Shown one piece after another: positions 12,501-21,741 of a DNA stretch of 64,000 nt. This DNA is from Yuukianura sp. NJ FZ-2021. Taxonomy: Eukaryota. The notes beneath the pieces are model-generated. The model saw nothing but the letters and a program-made list of their open reading frames with translations, had not been told where the DNA came from and did no database searches. Positions within the stretch are counted from its first letter, which is position 1; each line of letters begins with the position of its first letter. Where the stretch lies: the NCBI GenBank assembly GCA_046563655.1, contig CM102283.1:5642001-5706000 (forward strand), in the 5' to 3' direction. A program made the translations under genes and the position numbers.

Positions 12501-14598
12501 TCAATTTTTCATTCAATCAAAAAATCAATCAATCAATCAATCAATTCAATCAAAAAAGTGCTAATTTTTCTATAAAACTGGCTTGTCGTAAAGTGAATCC
12601 TACTTATATGCTGATAGCTAATACTTCTCTTTGAGAGTTTTGCGGTATTCGTGAAATTTACAGTTTTTCCTCTCTGTAAATTACGTTTATGAAATTTTTT
12701 TGTTCCAAACCTAATTGTTAGTGTAAGATTTAATGTAGTTAATCTACTTCCCTAGTAATTTTTTAGAAAAATTGATTTTGTTACTGGTTTAAATATGGGC
12801 AAAAGAATTACGTGCCATCGCCTAGTACAGGAAACTTTACGGTAAAATTTCGAAAAATTTGCAAAAATTCGGATTTTTTTTGACGGATTTTTATTTTTCG
12901 GTTATTTTGCTAACTTTTTCCTTGCTTTTCATCCAACAAAGTGGATTTTAAGCTTGAATATAATTTCGAAAAGAATTTCAAGCCAAGAACTTCCATCGTC
13001 ATAGATTTCACAAGTCAACTTCTTGTGCTGACTACCTTCGACTCGACTCTTGTTGACATTTGGCCTTCTATATGTTGTTTTTCCAGATTTGGCATCTGGA
13101 CAAATTTGTCTTGACCTCTGCCAACGCTATGCAGATTCCTGACCTACGTTTGCAAAACTTAGTGAGGGGGTGAGAGGACTATCTCTAATTTTTAAATTGT
13201 AAAATTTTTATTCTATTTAGAGTTCCGCTTCGAATTATTATTTTCACTCAGCTTTACGCCATTTACCTAAGTGGACCTTTAAAGGGCTCTTTCGAGACAG
13301 GTCCTTCTGTGACCTTTTGAAACAGCGGCCATAGTGAAAAAAAATTTTTTTTTACAATTTTGTGTACGATGTCATTTTTTCAAAGAATTTACGGTATTGA
13401 CCCTATTGTGATTTGAATTCTGTTTTAGAGTTTTGACCCAGCATTATAGCTACCTATTGTGAAGTGTCATAAAAATTCTTGGATCGTCTAAAAGGTGCTA
13501 AAAGTTCCGTTTAAGTGCCCCAAGTCTACCTGTTCAAGTCGAAGTCTCAAATCTGTTCGGTTCTTACAGACTAAAAAAGGACCCCTGGGGTTTTTGGAAA
13601 TTCACATCGGGATCATCGAGATAGTGAGTCTCTCAACCTGTTTTCCACTTTCTCTTTTTATATTATTGCCATGAGTGGGTTGTGGCAAGTTTCAAGCAGT
13701 GAACATTTCACAAGTCCCATTCCCATGCTTTCTCCTGTATTGAAAATTTTCTAAGTATTTTGGTCAAAGTTGACCTCTGACAACCTCAAAAACGATCCCT
13801 ATGAAAATTGTTGAGGGTCATGAGTGGAACATTTTTTGTTCTATAACGTACTACTCTGTGACCTTTCCCCGAGGTCACAGGTCAATCCAAAGAATTTTTC
13901 CGTCGCACTCTTTTAAGCTACTATAATGTCCCCTCAAAATCGGTTCAAATTCGAAGTTTGTTTTTACTGCACAAAAATACCTTAAGTGCAATAAAACTGC
14001 TGTGTGACTTTTAATTTTATTTTTTGTACTTAACTAAGTCTGAGTGAGAGTAATGAATCTGAATTATGATTTTTTCGTAAAATGCTAAAGATTTTCGTGA
14101 ATTTTGATTTCCAAGCATTAGTTAGAACGGTCATAATTCTGAAATTCAGAATTGTCTGTTATAACTTCATTTTTGTGTTTTCTTTTTACAGAGTGAAAGA
14201 TAACCTCAACTTGCACTTTAAAATCTTGAACTTGTCGATTTGCAAGTGTGTGCTTTTTGGGACCAGCTACTTCCGATTTATATAGTGAGTATTTAAGTAA
14301 AATTTTTGCAAATTTCTTACTTATGAAATTTTGGCTTTTCAAATTAAGCATTTCGTCAAGTCCTTTGTGACACAAAGTTATTTTACGTTGTTAACTGCTT
14401 CATGGAGATGCAGTTGGGGAATTTGTTAATCTATAATCTGCTGTTTCCAAAAAAAAAATTTTTTTTTTCAAATTTCAAATGTTTCTTGTAAAACATCTTT
14501 CTATTGGTTGCTTTCAGCCCTATAGTCAAGTATTAAGAAGCCCAGACACAACAACAAAAAAAAATTTTTTATTTTATAGTCCTACTTTTGTCTAAAGA

Positions 14599-15468
14599 AT
14601 GACAGAACGGGAGTTCAGTTCGTGTGAATTCACTCCTTATTCGGATTATAATTTTGAGTCTGCTTGTGGGTACTTCAATCGACTTATTTTACGTCATTTG
14701 CCTTTCTCCCTTGACATTGAGGAAGAAGAAAGGAGGGAATTATTTCAACATTTACCGCGATATTTTGAAAATGAAGAGGCCGCGGCTTACGAGCATCCCT
14801 TGTTCAACTTGCCGTATTGCGTTTGTAAACAAATTGCTTCTTATTTAAATTATGACGATGTTCTCAAAATAGCGCATTTCTTTCCAATTTTTCAACATTA
14901 TAATCAAACAAATTCAAACTTAGCTACCACTCAGGGTGAACTTTTTGATTTGGGGATGTCTAGTGACTTAGATGTTTATGGCCCTCCAGGTTTGTCGTAT
15001 GTTTCGCGCTGTTTGAGATCAATTGCCTTAGGCAGTTTTCCTATTTCAATTTTAGATTTCTTGTCATATACTCCTGATATTACTATTAATTTAAATTTTT
15101 TAGAAAATTTTATGGGATTATCTGATTTCCGAAAATTATTGTCAAATAGTCATGTTTGTCGGGGGAACGGGGCTAAGGACCGTTTGATTCATGTTACCTC
15201 AGTGCCTCGTTATGCTAGGTTAGAATATGATAACTATCGATTAGTATTAGCTATGATTAGACGTAATCGATTAGATTTAGCTGTTGATTTTATGGTTTCT
15301 GAACCATTTGGAAATGAGCTTCACTATGATTTTAACGAAATTTCATTATTTATCGTAATTTATGAGGCTATTATGCATCGTCGCTTAAGAGAACTTAGAA
15401 GGAGCGTTCTTGAATTTTTGAATCGGCCTTATACTGAGGAAGACTTAGAAAATGTTATAGTTATTTAA
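14599..15468 (+). CDS. Intact 289-aa antisense cargo ORF inside the LTR element, F-box-like motif
   Basis: Uninterrupted ATG-TAA in very AT-rich DNA. HPLFNLPYCVCKQIASYLNYDDVLKI matches F-box spacing (LxxLP...IxxYL..D...). AATAAA at ~15520. Confidence 0.75.
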   Translation: MTEREFSSCEFTPYSDYNFESACGYFNRLILRHLPFSLDIEEEERRELFQHLPRYFENEEAAAYEHPLFNLPYCVCKQIASYLNYDDVLKIAHFFPIFQHYNQTNSNLATTQGELFDLGMSSDLDVYGPPGLSYVSRCLRSIALGSFPISILDFLSYTPDITINLNFLENFMGLSDFRKLLSNSHVCRGNGAKDRLIHVTSVPRYARLEYDNYRLVLAMIRRNRLDLAVDFMVSEPFGNELHYDFNEISLFIVIYEAIMHRRLRELRRSVLEFLNRPYTEEDLENVIVI

Positions 15469-15774
15469 TGTAATCATACATATTTTGTAAAATTTCCTAT
15501 AGGAGCAATCAATTTTTGAAATAAAATCAGTTAGTTATTGTTTATGAATTTAGCGCTTTGTAATTTTTTAGAAAGTTTTGGATTTTTCTGTCGTCTGTTT
15601 TTCTGAATATGCAACCAATCTCTTGTGATGTAAAAATAGTATGGAACTTTACATGTACGTACGTACACTAATGTACAGAATTTTTATTATTTTTATTTAA
15701 AAATAGTAACTTTTTATTTTCAGTTTTTAATTTTTCAATTTTTTGTTTGAATTTTCTTGATAGATTTTAAAATC

Positions 15775-17339
15775 ATGGGAAGACATAGAAAAGTTCCTCG
15801 GAAATCAGTTCCTCGGAAAATCAGGCGTCATTCCGATTCTCGTGTTAACCAGTCTCCATGTTCTACCTCTACACGTTCTAGTACAATCACTTCCTCGATT
15901 TCTGTTCCTTTAAAACGTTTGCCACTCCGTACTAACTTGACTAAATCATCCACTACTATTACTGTTTCGGGCTCTCCTATTTCTTCCATTTCTAAATCTG
16001 CAAACAGCGTTTTTTGGAAAGTAGGAAAATGACACTAACGACGACTTGGTTTACTATCGGTGTGACTTTCTGGCTGGAAATACTGTTCTGTTCATTTAAC
16101 AAATGTAAAAAAAGCGAAATTGCGACAAAGGCTATACTCCCATAAGAAAAGGAGTCTCAAAAAAAGATCCTCGCTCCCTCCTTCCCTCATTGAGAAAAGA
16201 GGGAGTTTCCTTCCTGACACCTGGTCTTTCCAAAAACTATTCGAAATTAGAGTTTGCGCGGCAAGCACATGTTAACATCGTTAAATTATTGTACAAATTA
16301 CTCCAATGATAATGGAATACTACAATAAATCTGCATAAATTACTTTTAGAGTTGATTTAATTGTGCGTCCAACAATTTAATCGTTGCAACATGTGCTTGC
16401 CGCGCAACATCTAATTTCAGAGGTTTTTCGGAAAGGCCAGGTGTCAGGAAAGAAGTTCCCTCTTTTCTCAATGACGGAGAGAGGAAACAAGGATCTTTTT
16501 TTGTGACATTTTTTTCTTATGGGAGTATAACCTTTGTCGCAATTTGGCTTTTTTTACATTTGTTAAATGAACGGAACAGTAACTCAACACCTGAAATTTT
16601 AGGTGTTCCTAAATTTCTTGATTATGGTCTTCCTGGCTACCTACGTTGTGAAAAGATTCATGTTCCTGGAAATTTTTATTGTGGTGCTTGTGAGTCGGAA
16701 TTTTACGCTCGTACTCGTAGTGTTCTCAAGCGGGATGTAGGAAGTATGGCTTCTTCTCCGCTGATTTTTACATCGAATGACCCCTGGGTCACGCATGTTA
16801 ACGAAAAACATTTGAAACAAGTTCGTGTTCGACAACCATGCGGGTGTAATAGACTAGCCGGAGTGGCTCTAAATGAGTTACATCGCTATTCCTGTATATC
16901 GCCTTGCCTGTGTGGCCTCAAAGTTACCACAGTAAGTATTTTTAAGATATTATGCGCAAATCACCTCTATATCTGCAAAATATTTACTTGGATTTTCTAA
17001 TTCATTTTTCCCAGGTCAAAGAAAAAGAAGATCACTGCCTCAATTCGAGAAATCCCTCGATCAAGAAACGCGGTTGTTATTACGATTCCACTTGTGGGAA
17101 ATATTTCCCCACCCAAATGAAATTATACACGCACTTAAAAAATAAGTGCACTCGTTGTCACCTATGTCAGGAGATCATAGATAGTTCAGTAGAAACTAGA
17201 ACTGAACAATCAGTGCTTCTATTGTTCCTTTTGTGGTACTCCACAAGACTCCCGGGAAGCCATGCACAATTGCGCCTTAAGTTGTCTGCGACGCGTTGTG
17301 TACGTCAACCAAAATGAATGTGAGCCCAGGCCTTCTTGA
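15775..17339 (+). pseudogene. Antisense spliced Cys/His-rich (zinc-finger-like) cargo gene, interrupted by a MITE
   Basis: Basic/Ser-rich N-terminus, then a 1-nt shift in the A-run at ~16030. The frame is restored across the MITE (…CDFLAGN|NSTPEILG…). Phase-0 GTAAGT…CCCAG intron 16932-17014 joins two ORFs. Contains CGKYFPTQMKLYTHLKNKCTRCHLC and a shifted CFYCSFC tail. Confidence 0.65.
16083..16579. mobile_element. Foldback MITE with ~200-bp imperfect inverted arms, TA target duplication (Tc1/mariner-type)
   Basis: TA|CTGTTCTGTTCATTTAACAAATG… mirrors …CATTTGTTAAATGAACGGAACAG|TA. Removing it plus one TA restores the flanking reading frame. Confidence 0.9.
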
Positions 17340-17588
17340 TTTAAAATTTTGTTTTATGATTTGGAACTATTTTATTATGTTTAGTGGAAACATTAGTTGA
17401 GTTTGGTTCGAGTACTTATGTAAGTTGTTTAGCTTACAAGTTGAATTGACTCTAGTTATAATTCTTATTGGTGCATAATTTTGAAATTCCCTATTGTACT
17501 TTGTGCTTCATTACTATATTAAAAAAAATTTTGTTTTTACTTACCTTATTGTAGCTTCTGACAATAATTTTCAAGTAGCGAAGAAGGA

Positions 17589-17606
17589 ATCCGGTTCGAA
17601 GGACCA
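17589..17606 (-). other. Primer-binding site, tRNA-Tyr type
   Basis: Minus strand TGGTCCTTCGAACCGGAT, 3 nt inside the 5' LTR, is complementary to the ...CCGGCTCGAAGGACCA 3' end of eukaryotic tRNA-Tyr (one mismatch). Confidence 0.85.
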
Positions 17607-17609
17607 AAT

Positions 17610-18508
17610 TGTTAGTCTACTCGGCGGCTAACATTCGGTCTAGGCAAGTCCTGTGTGGCGACTTACCTGAATTCTGGTGGTTCTTTCCTTCTGTCCCCGA
17701 AGCCTGTCTGCCACCGAAGTAGCCGATGGCTCTGAGGTGCTACTGTAGATGGAAGCTCGACTGTATATGATGTTATCATTGACGGTACAACGTAACGATA
17801 AGACGTTAAGACAATAGGAACGGTAAGATGTTGAAACAATAAGAACGGTAGTTGGTCATCTACCGAGAGACGAAGCTCTCTGGTCAGAATGGGAATAAAG
17901 TTCACAGAACACAATAGCTTTGGTTGAGTTACTACTGTTTATTGTTAGTTGAAACACCCTACTCCAAGTGGAGACTTCACCGTGTTATTGTTCTAGAGTC
18001 GGAGTTCCGCACACCGGAACTCCGACCCTTCGAGACTCTCAGTCTGGGCTTATTGTCCGAAGAACATATTGTTTGTAGACCTAACTATTGTTCTAGTCAA
18101 CTGTAACTAACTGCTAACTACTAATGTAGTCTGTCCCTTGAAAGCTGAATACTGGATACTAACTAACTTAGACTAACTACTTACTGACTACTAAAAGGTA
18201 GACCCTTAGGATCTGACTCCTTAATTATGACTGACTCTAACAGAGGTGAATACAAGCTGCTTAAGGGTAAGATGACGCACAAGCTCACAAGAGCGTGCGT
18301 CATTGACTTGGATAGGTCCACGTGTGTTCACGTGTTAGAACTATGTTACTGCCACGTAGGCTACTGCGTCTTAGAGTTATGAATCATGCACACCTGCAAA
18401 GTTTAGGTTACTGCGACTTACTTATGCTACGACTTAACTTATGTTTAAGAGTTATGCGTCATAAGCGCATTAAAGTGTGAGTGAGATGACCCTGTCATAA
18501 CGCTCACA
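17610..18508 (-). repeat. 5' LTR (899 bp)
   Basis: Direct repeat of 3190-4100; followed on the minus strand by the PBS. Confidence 0.97.
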
Positions 18509-18765
18509 CTGTACAACTGGCGCTGATTCGCAAAAAATCTTTACCATTGTAACTTTTTTTATTGATAACTCAAAAACTATTACAAAAAACAACCACGAAA
18601 GACTCAAACAACCAAAACACTAAAACTCAAATCCAAACTTTCCACCCTTCCCGCCAACTGGGAGGAAGGGACACCACGCCATCCTCTTATCCACACGAGA
18701 AGGGGTGAAGAAACAGCACAACACAGAACAATAGCGATTAATCGATCCAAAAAAAATCAATAATC

Positions 18766-19897
18766 TCATAAGAGTAGTCCACATAGTCTGCTAACTAACA
18801 GCACACATAAGCACGCCACTAAAAATCCAACAAACGCTACACACAATTTTTCAAAACTTTCCACCCTCCCACCAAAATCAAAATCCACCCTAGAATCCTC
18901 CCCTCTGAAGAAGAGGACGCCACGCCATCCTCTTATCCACACGAGATAGGGCGAGGGCACACTCCAATCCAAAACAATAGTGTCTAATCGATCAATAAAT
19001 TCACCGTTCTGATGGACATAGTCTACTAACTCAGAAGCAACTAAAAGTTTCTCCCCTTTCAGTATATCCTTCTTTGCTACCACCTTCACGACTGCCTTTC
19101 CATGCCTAGTACCTTTCAGGAAAATTATGTATTGCTTTTCCTGGTTACAAGTGTGATTGATGAAGGGTGCGATGTTTCCACGCGTAGTACCATCGACAAA
19201 CAGACGTTCCTCATCACGACTGACCGAATTTCCAAGTGACGTTACAAGCGACGTGAATAACTTGACTGAGCTATACGCAGAATCGAAAAACATAAATTTT
19301 TAACATTAATTCACTTTTAAAAAAATAAAAAAAACGCTATAAAACCAATATACATTTCATTAGACAAAGACAACTTATCAGTAGTTAGACTCAGTTTGGT
19401 TTGTAGATCGATAACTTGTCCAGCGTACAAAAACAAGAAATCTCCGGCAGATAAGTTCCGCATTGCTTTCAAGCCCAGCCCACCTACTGTTTCCTCATAA
19501 TAGCAATAACAGGAGTTCACTAGGTCCGCTTTTCCCCAGGTCACGATTTGATCATCATAATATACTCCACTAGTTGGTGTAAATCTAGTTCGTAGATTGT
19601 TCAACATAGGGAAGACAGCAGTATCGTCTTTGTAATACGGAAAACCGAACTTATTCATCTGAAAGACGTGAGACATTATGGATCTATATAGAATGTTATG
19701 AATAATTCAACGGATTCGGTATTTTATAATACTCACCACGAATTAATCTCACACAGCTAGAAACATAGGACAACCCTGGTGGGCTATATACATCTAAGTC
19801 GCTGGACATCCCTTGATCAAAAAATTTACCTTGAGTAGTGGCTACGTTTAAATTAGACTGATTATAATGGCAAATCGAACAAGGGGTGCTCGTAAGC
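18766..19897 (-). pseudogene. SET-domain gene with F-box-ORF-related N-terminus, spliced and decayed
   Basis: SET motifs GGLGLKAMRNLSAGDFLFLYAGQVI, VDGTTRGNIAPFINHTC and VVAKKDILKGEKL. An in-phase GT-AG intron at 19353-19271 joins the two SET halves. A second candidate intron (19736-19684) is out of phase. The N-terminus is homologous to 14785-15025. Confidence 0.8.
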
Positions 19898-20332
19898 GTT
19901 AGGTAGGCACATAGAGTATCAGGACCCACCCCATCTTCTCCCTCCTCACCTAAAGGACCAGACCACCCTGTTCCTCCTCACATAAGGAGCAACCCCCCTC
20001 TCCCTCCCGTCCTCCATCTTCTTTCTCATTGTTCTGGCCGCCATCTTGCTCTTTCCCTCGTCCTGACGCCATTTTGTTTATTACAATGGCCACCACTTTT
20101 TTTGTTTTTTTATTGGATGGGTGTACGTGGACATCGATGGACAAGGTAGTTCTGGACTGCACAGAATGGAGCAACATTCTGCTTTAAGTTTTGATTTATT
20201 CTCATATTATTTTCTTGCATGGGTGAATGTAAGTATCGATGGACATGTCAAAGGTCAAGGTCGTTCTGTTCCATGGTCATGTCAAGAGTCTAGGTCGTTC
20301 TAGCCGTGTGTAAAGTTTTTTAGCGGCTCGCT

Positions 20333-20760
20333 CATTGGGTTGTCCGCCTCCACTGATATTTGTCGCGAATCCAGGAAAACTGCAACTCCGTGTCCTGTGG
20401 CTCCGTATTAGGCCATACCTCTGTATAAGACACTGTATTGTCGATTGGAATCTGTGGTTCAACGGGAGTCGGGCATTCGATTCCAGCATGGGCTCTTTTG
20501 CAATGGCGTTTGTATTCGCATTGGTTTTTATACCAGTGTGAGCATCCTGTATGTTTACATTCCTTCTTTGGCTGAAAGGCACAAGATAGGAAATGCCAAG
20601 CAAGAGAATAAACATTTAAAACGTACTGTCACTAACCTTGCCGGCGGGCCGGCATTTCCGCTCCGCTTCGAATGCTTTGTTCGTAGATGAAAATACTAGT
20701 TGTTGGACCCCCAAGTAAATCAGTCGTCACAGTCTAGACATTTCACTTTGTTGGGCTCAC
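20333..20760 (-). pseudogene. Decayed spliced zinc-finger gene (BED-like plus C2H2)
   Basis: Frames absent from the ORF track read KVKCLDCDD*FTWGSNN*YFHLRTKH (two stops) and, after an intron-like gap, PKKECKHTGCSHWYKNQCEYKRHCKRAH. Confidence 0.6.
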
Positions 20761-20841
20761 CTGAAATTAAAATTGATACAGATTAATACTTTAAGTCTTC
20801 TCTAGCAACACATTTTTGTCAGTCTGCGTTTATATTTCAAC

Positions 20842-21741
20842 ATGGAAACTTCTCGTGCTCCCACTAAACTACATTCTACCGGTACTTCCAGCGATACAGT
20901 ACACATTGATTGTGAAACGATACTCTATGGCGAAGAATTGCGTCCGTCAAAGTTTCTACTATATAATTCTGAAGTCGTTGACCTCATTGACGATGGTCGT
21001 GCTTTTGGTCATTGGTTCCGCAAGGAAAAATCCGCTTTTCCTCTTGAAACTTGTTCGGCACTGCATAGCCTTTTGATTACAACATCAATAAATGCGAGGC
21101 TTATGGAGGCCAGACTGAACTCTAGGATTATGGACATGGCGGGCATTGCATCTTATATGCATGGCTGTGAAAATGCGCTGGTCTTGTGCCCAAATTCTGT
21201 CATACTCATAATGTCAAGCGCACTTGCAAAATTTGGATTTCCAGAAAAGGAGACTGGAGTCTTCCAACGTGTCAACAACATTCGCTCTTTCAGTGACGAG
21301 AAACTGGAGATATATGAGCAGTTTAAAGTTCTGAATAACGTGGCCACATTGGATTCCATGATTGATCATTTTAAATTGTATTTTGTGCTTCCAGAAAATC
21401 TGCAAAGTGTGCTCAACAGCAAGTTGGAAACGAATAGAAAAGTTTCGATTGTAATTGTGATTCACTACAACCTTCTTCCAACCCATCAGGTACATCTAAT
21501 ATATGAAAGATTCAAGGAAAGGTTGGTTTTCATTGGTCATCCGGCGCATCGAAAAATAATGGACGATTGGCAATTTCAAGTTGATAAGTGTGACCCCGTA
21601 AGCATAAGAATGTGTGCTACTCGTGTGCAGCAAGTGCTAAGAAGCTGGACAATTCTGGTTGGGACTCTAGCGATTCAGTCTTGTGTTGGCAGTAGAAGTA
21701 ATAGGTTGTTGAAATGGCAAAAACCCAGGATTCTCAATTAG
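20842..21741 (+). CDS. 299-aa ORF of unknown function
   Basis: Long intact ATG-initiated ORF with globular-looking composition. It overlaps the integrase start by 28 bp. No family recognised. Confidence 0.55.
   Translation: METSRAPTKLHSTGTSSDTVHIDCETILYGEELRPSKFLLYNSEVVDLIDDGRAFGHWFRKEKSAFPLETCSALHSLLITTSINARLMEARLNSRIMDMAGIASYMHGCENALVLCPNSVILIMSSALAKFGFPEKETGVFQRVNNIRSFSDEKLEIYEQFKVLNNVATLDSMIDHFKLYFVLPENLQSVLNSKLETNRKVSIVIVIHYNLLPTHQVHLIYERFKERLVFIGHPAHRKIMDDWQFQVDKCDPVSIRMCATRVQQVLRSWTILVGTLAIQSCVGSRSNRLLKWQKPRILN

Larger units (their letters stand above)
3190..18508 (-). mobile_element. Full-length 15.3-kb Ty3/gypsy LTR retrotransposon
   Basis: Two direct TG...CA repeats (3190-4100, 17610-18508). 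5-bp TSD CTGTA at 3185-3189 and 18509-18513. PBS, PPT and gag-PR-RT-RH-INT order on the minus strand. Confidence 0.97.

Noticed and set aside
10300-14400. Additional plus-strand exons in the cargo region, and GTCT microsatellite tracts (11588-11715) suggesting a DINE/Helentron-like insert
   Set aside because: Splice-like sites and short open stretches exist, but no in-phase gene or element boundary could be established by eye.
20277-20615. 112-aa minus-strand ORF from the track
   Set aside because: The neighbouring frame carries the clear C2H2 finger, so this is a shadow frame.
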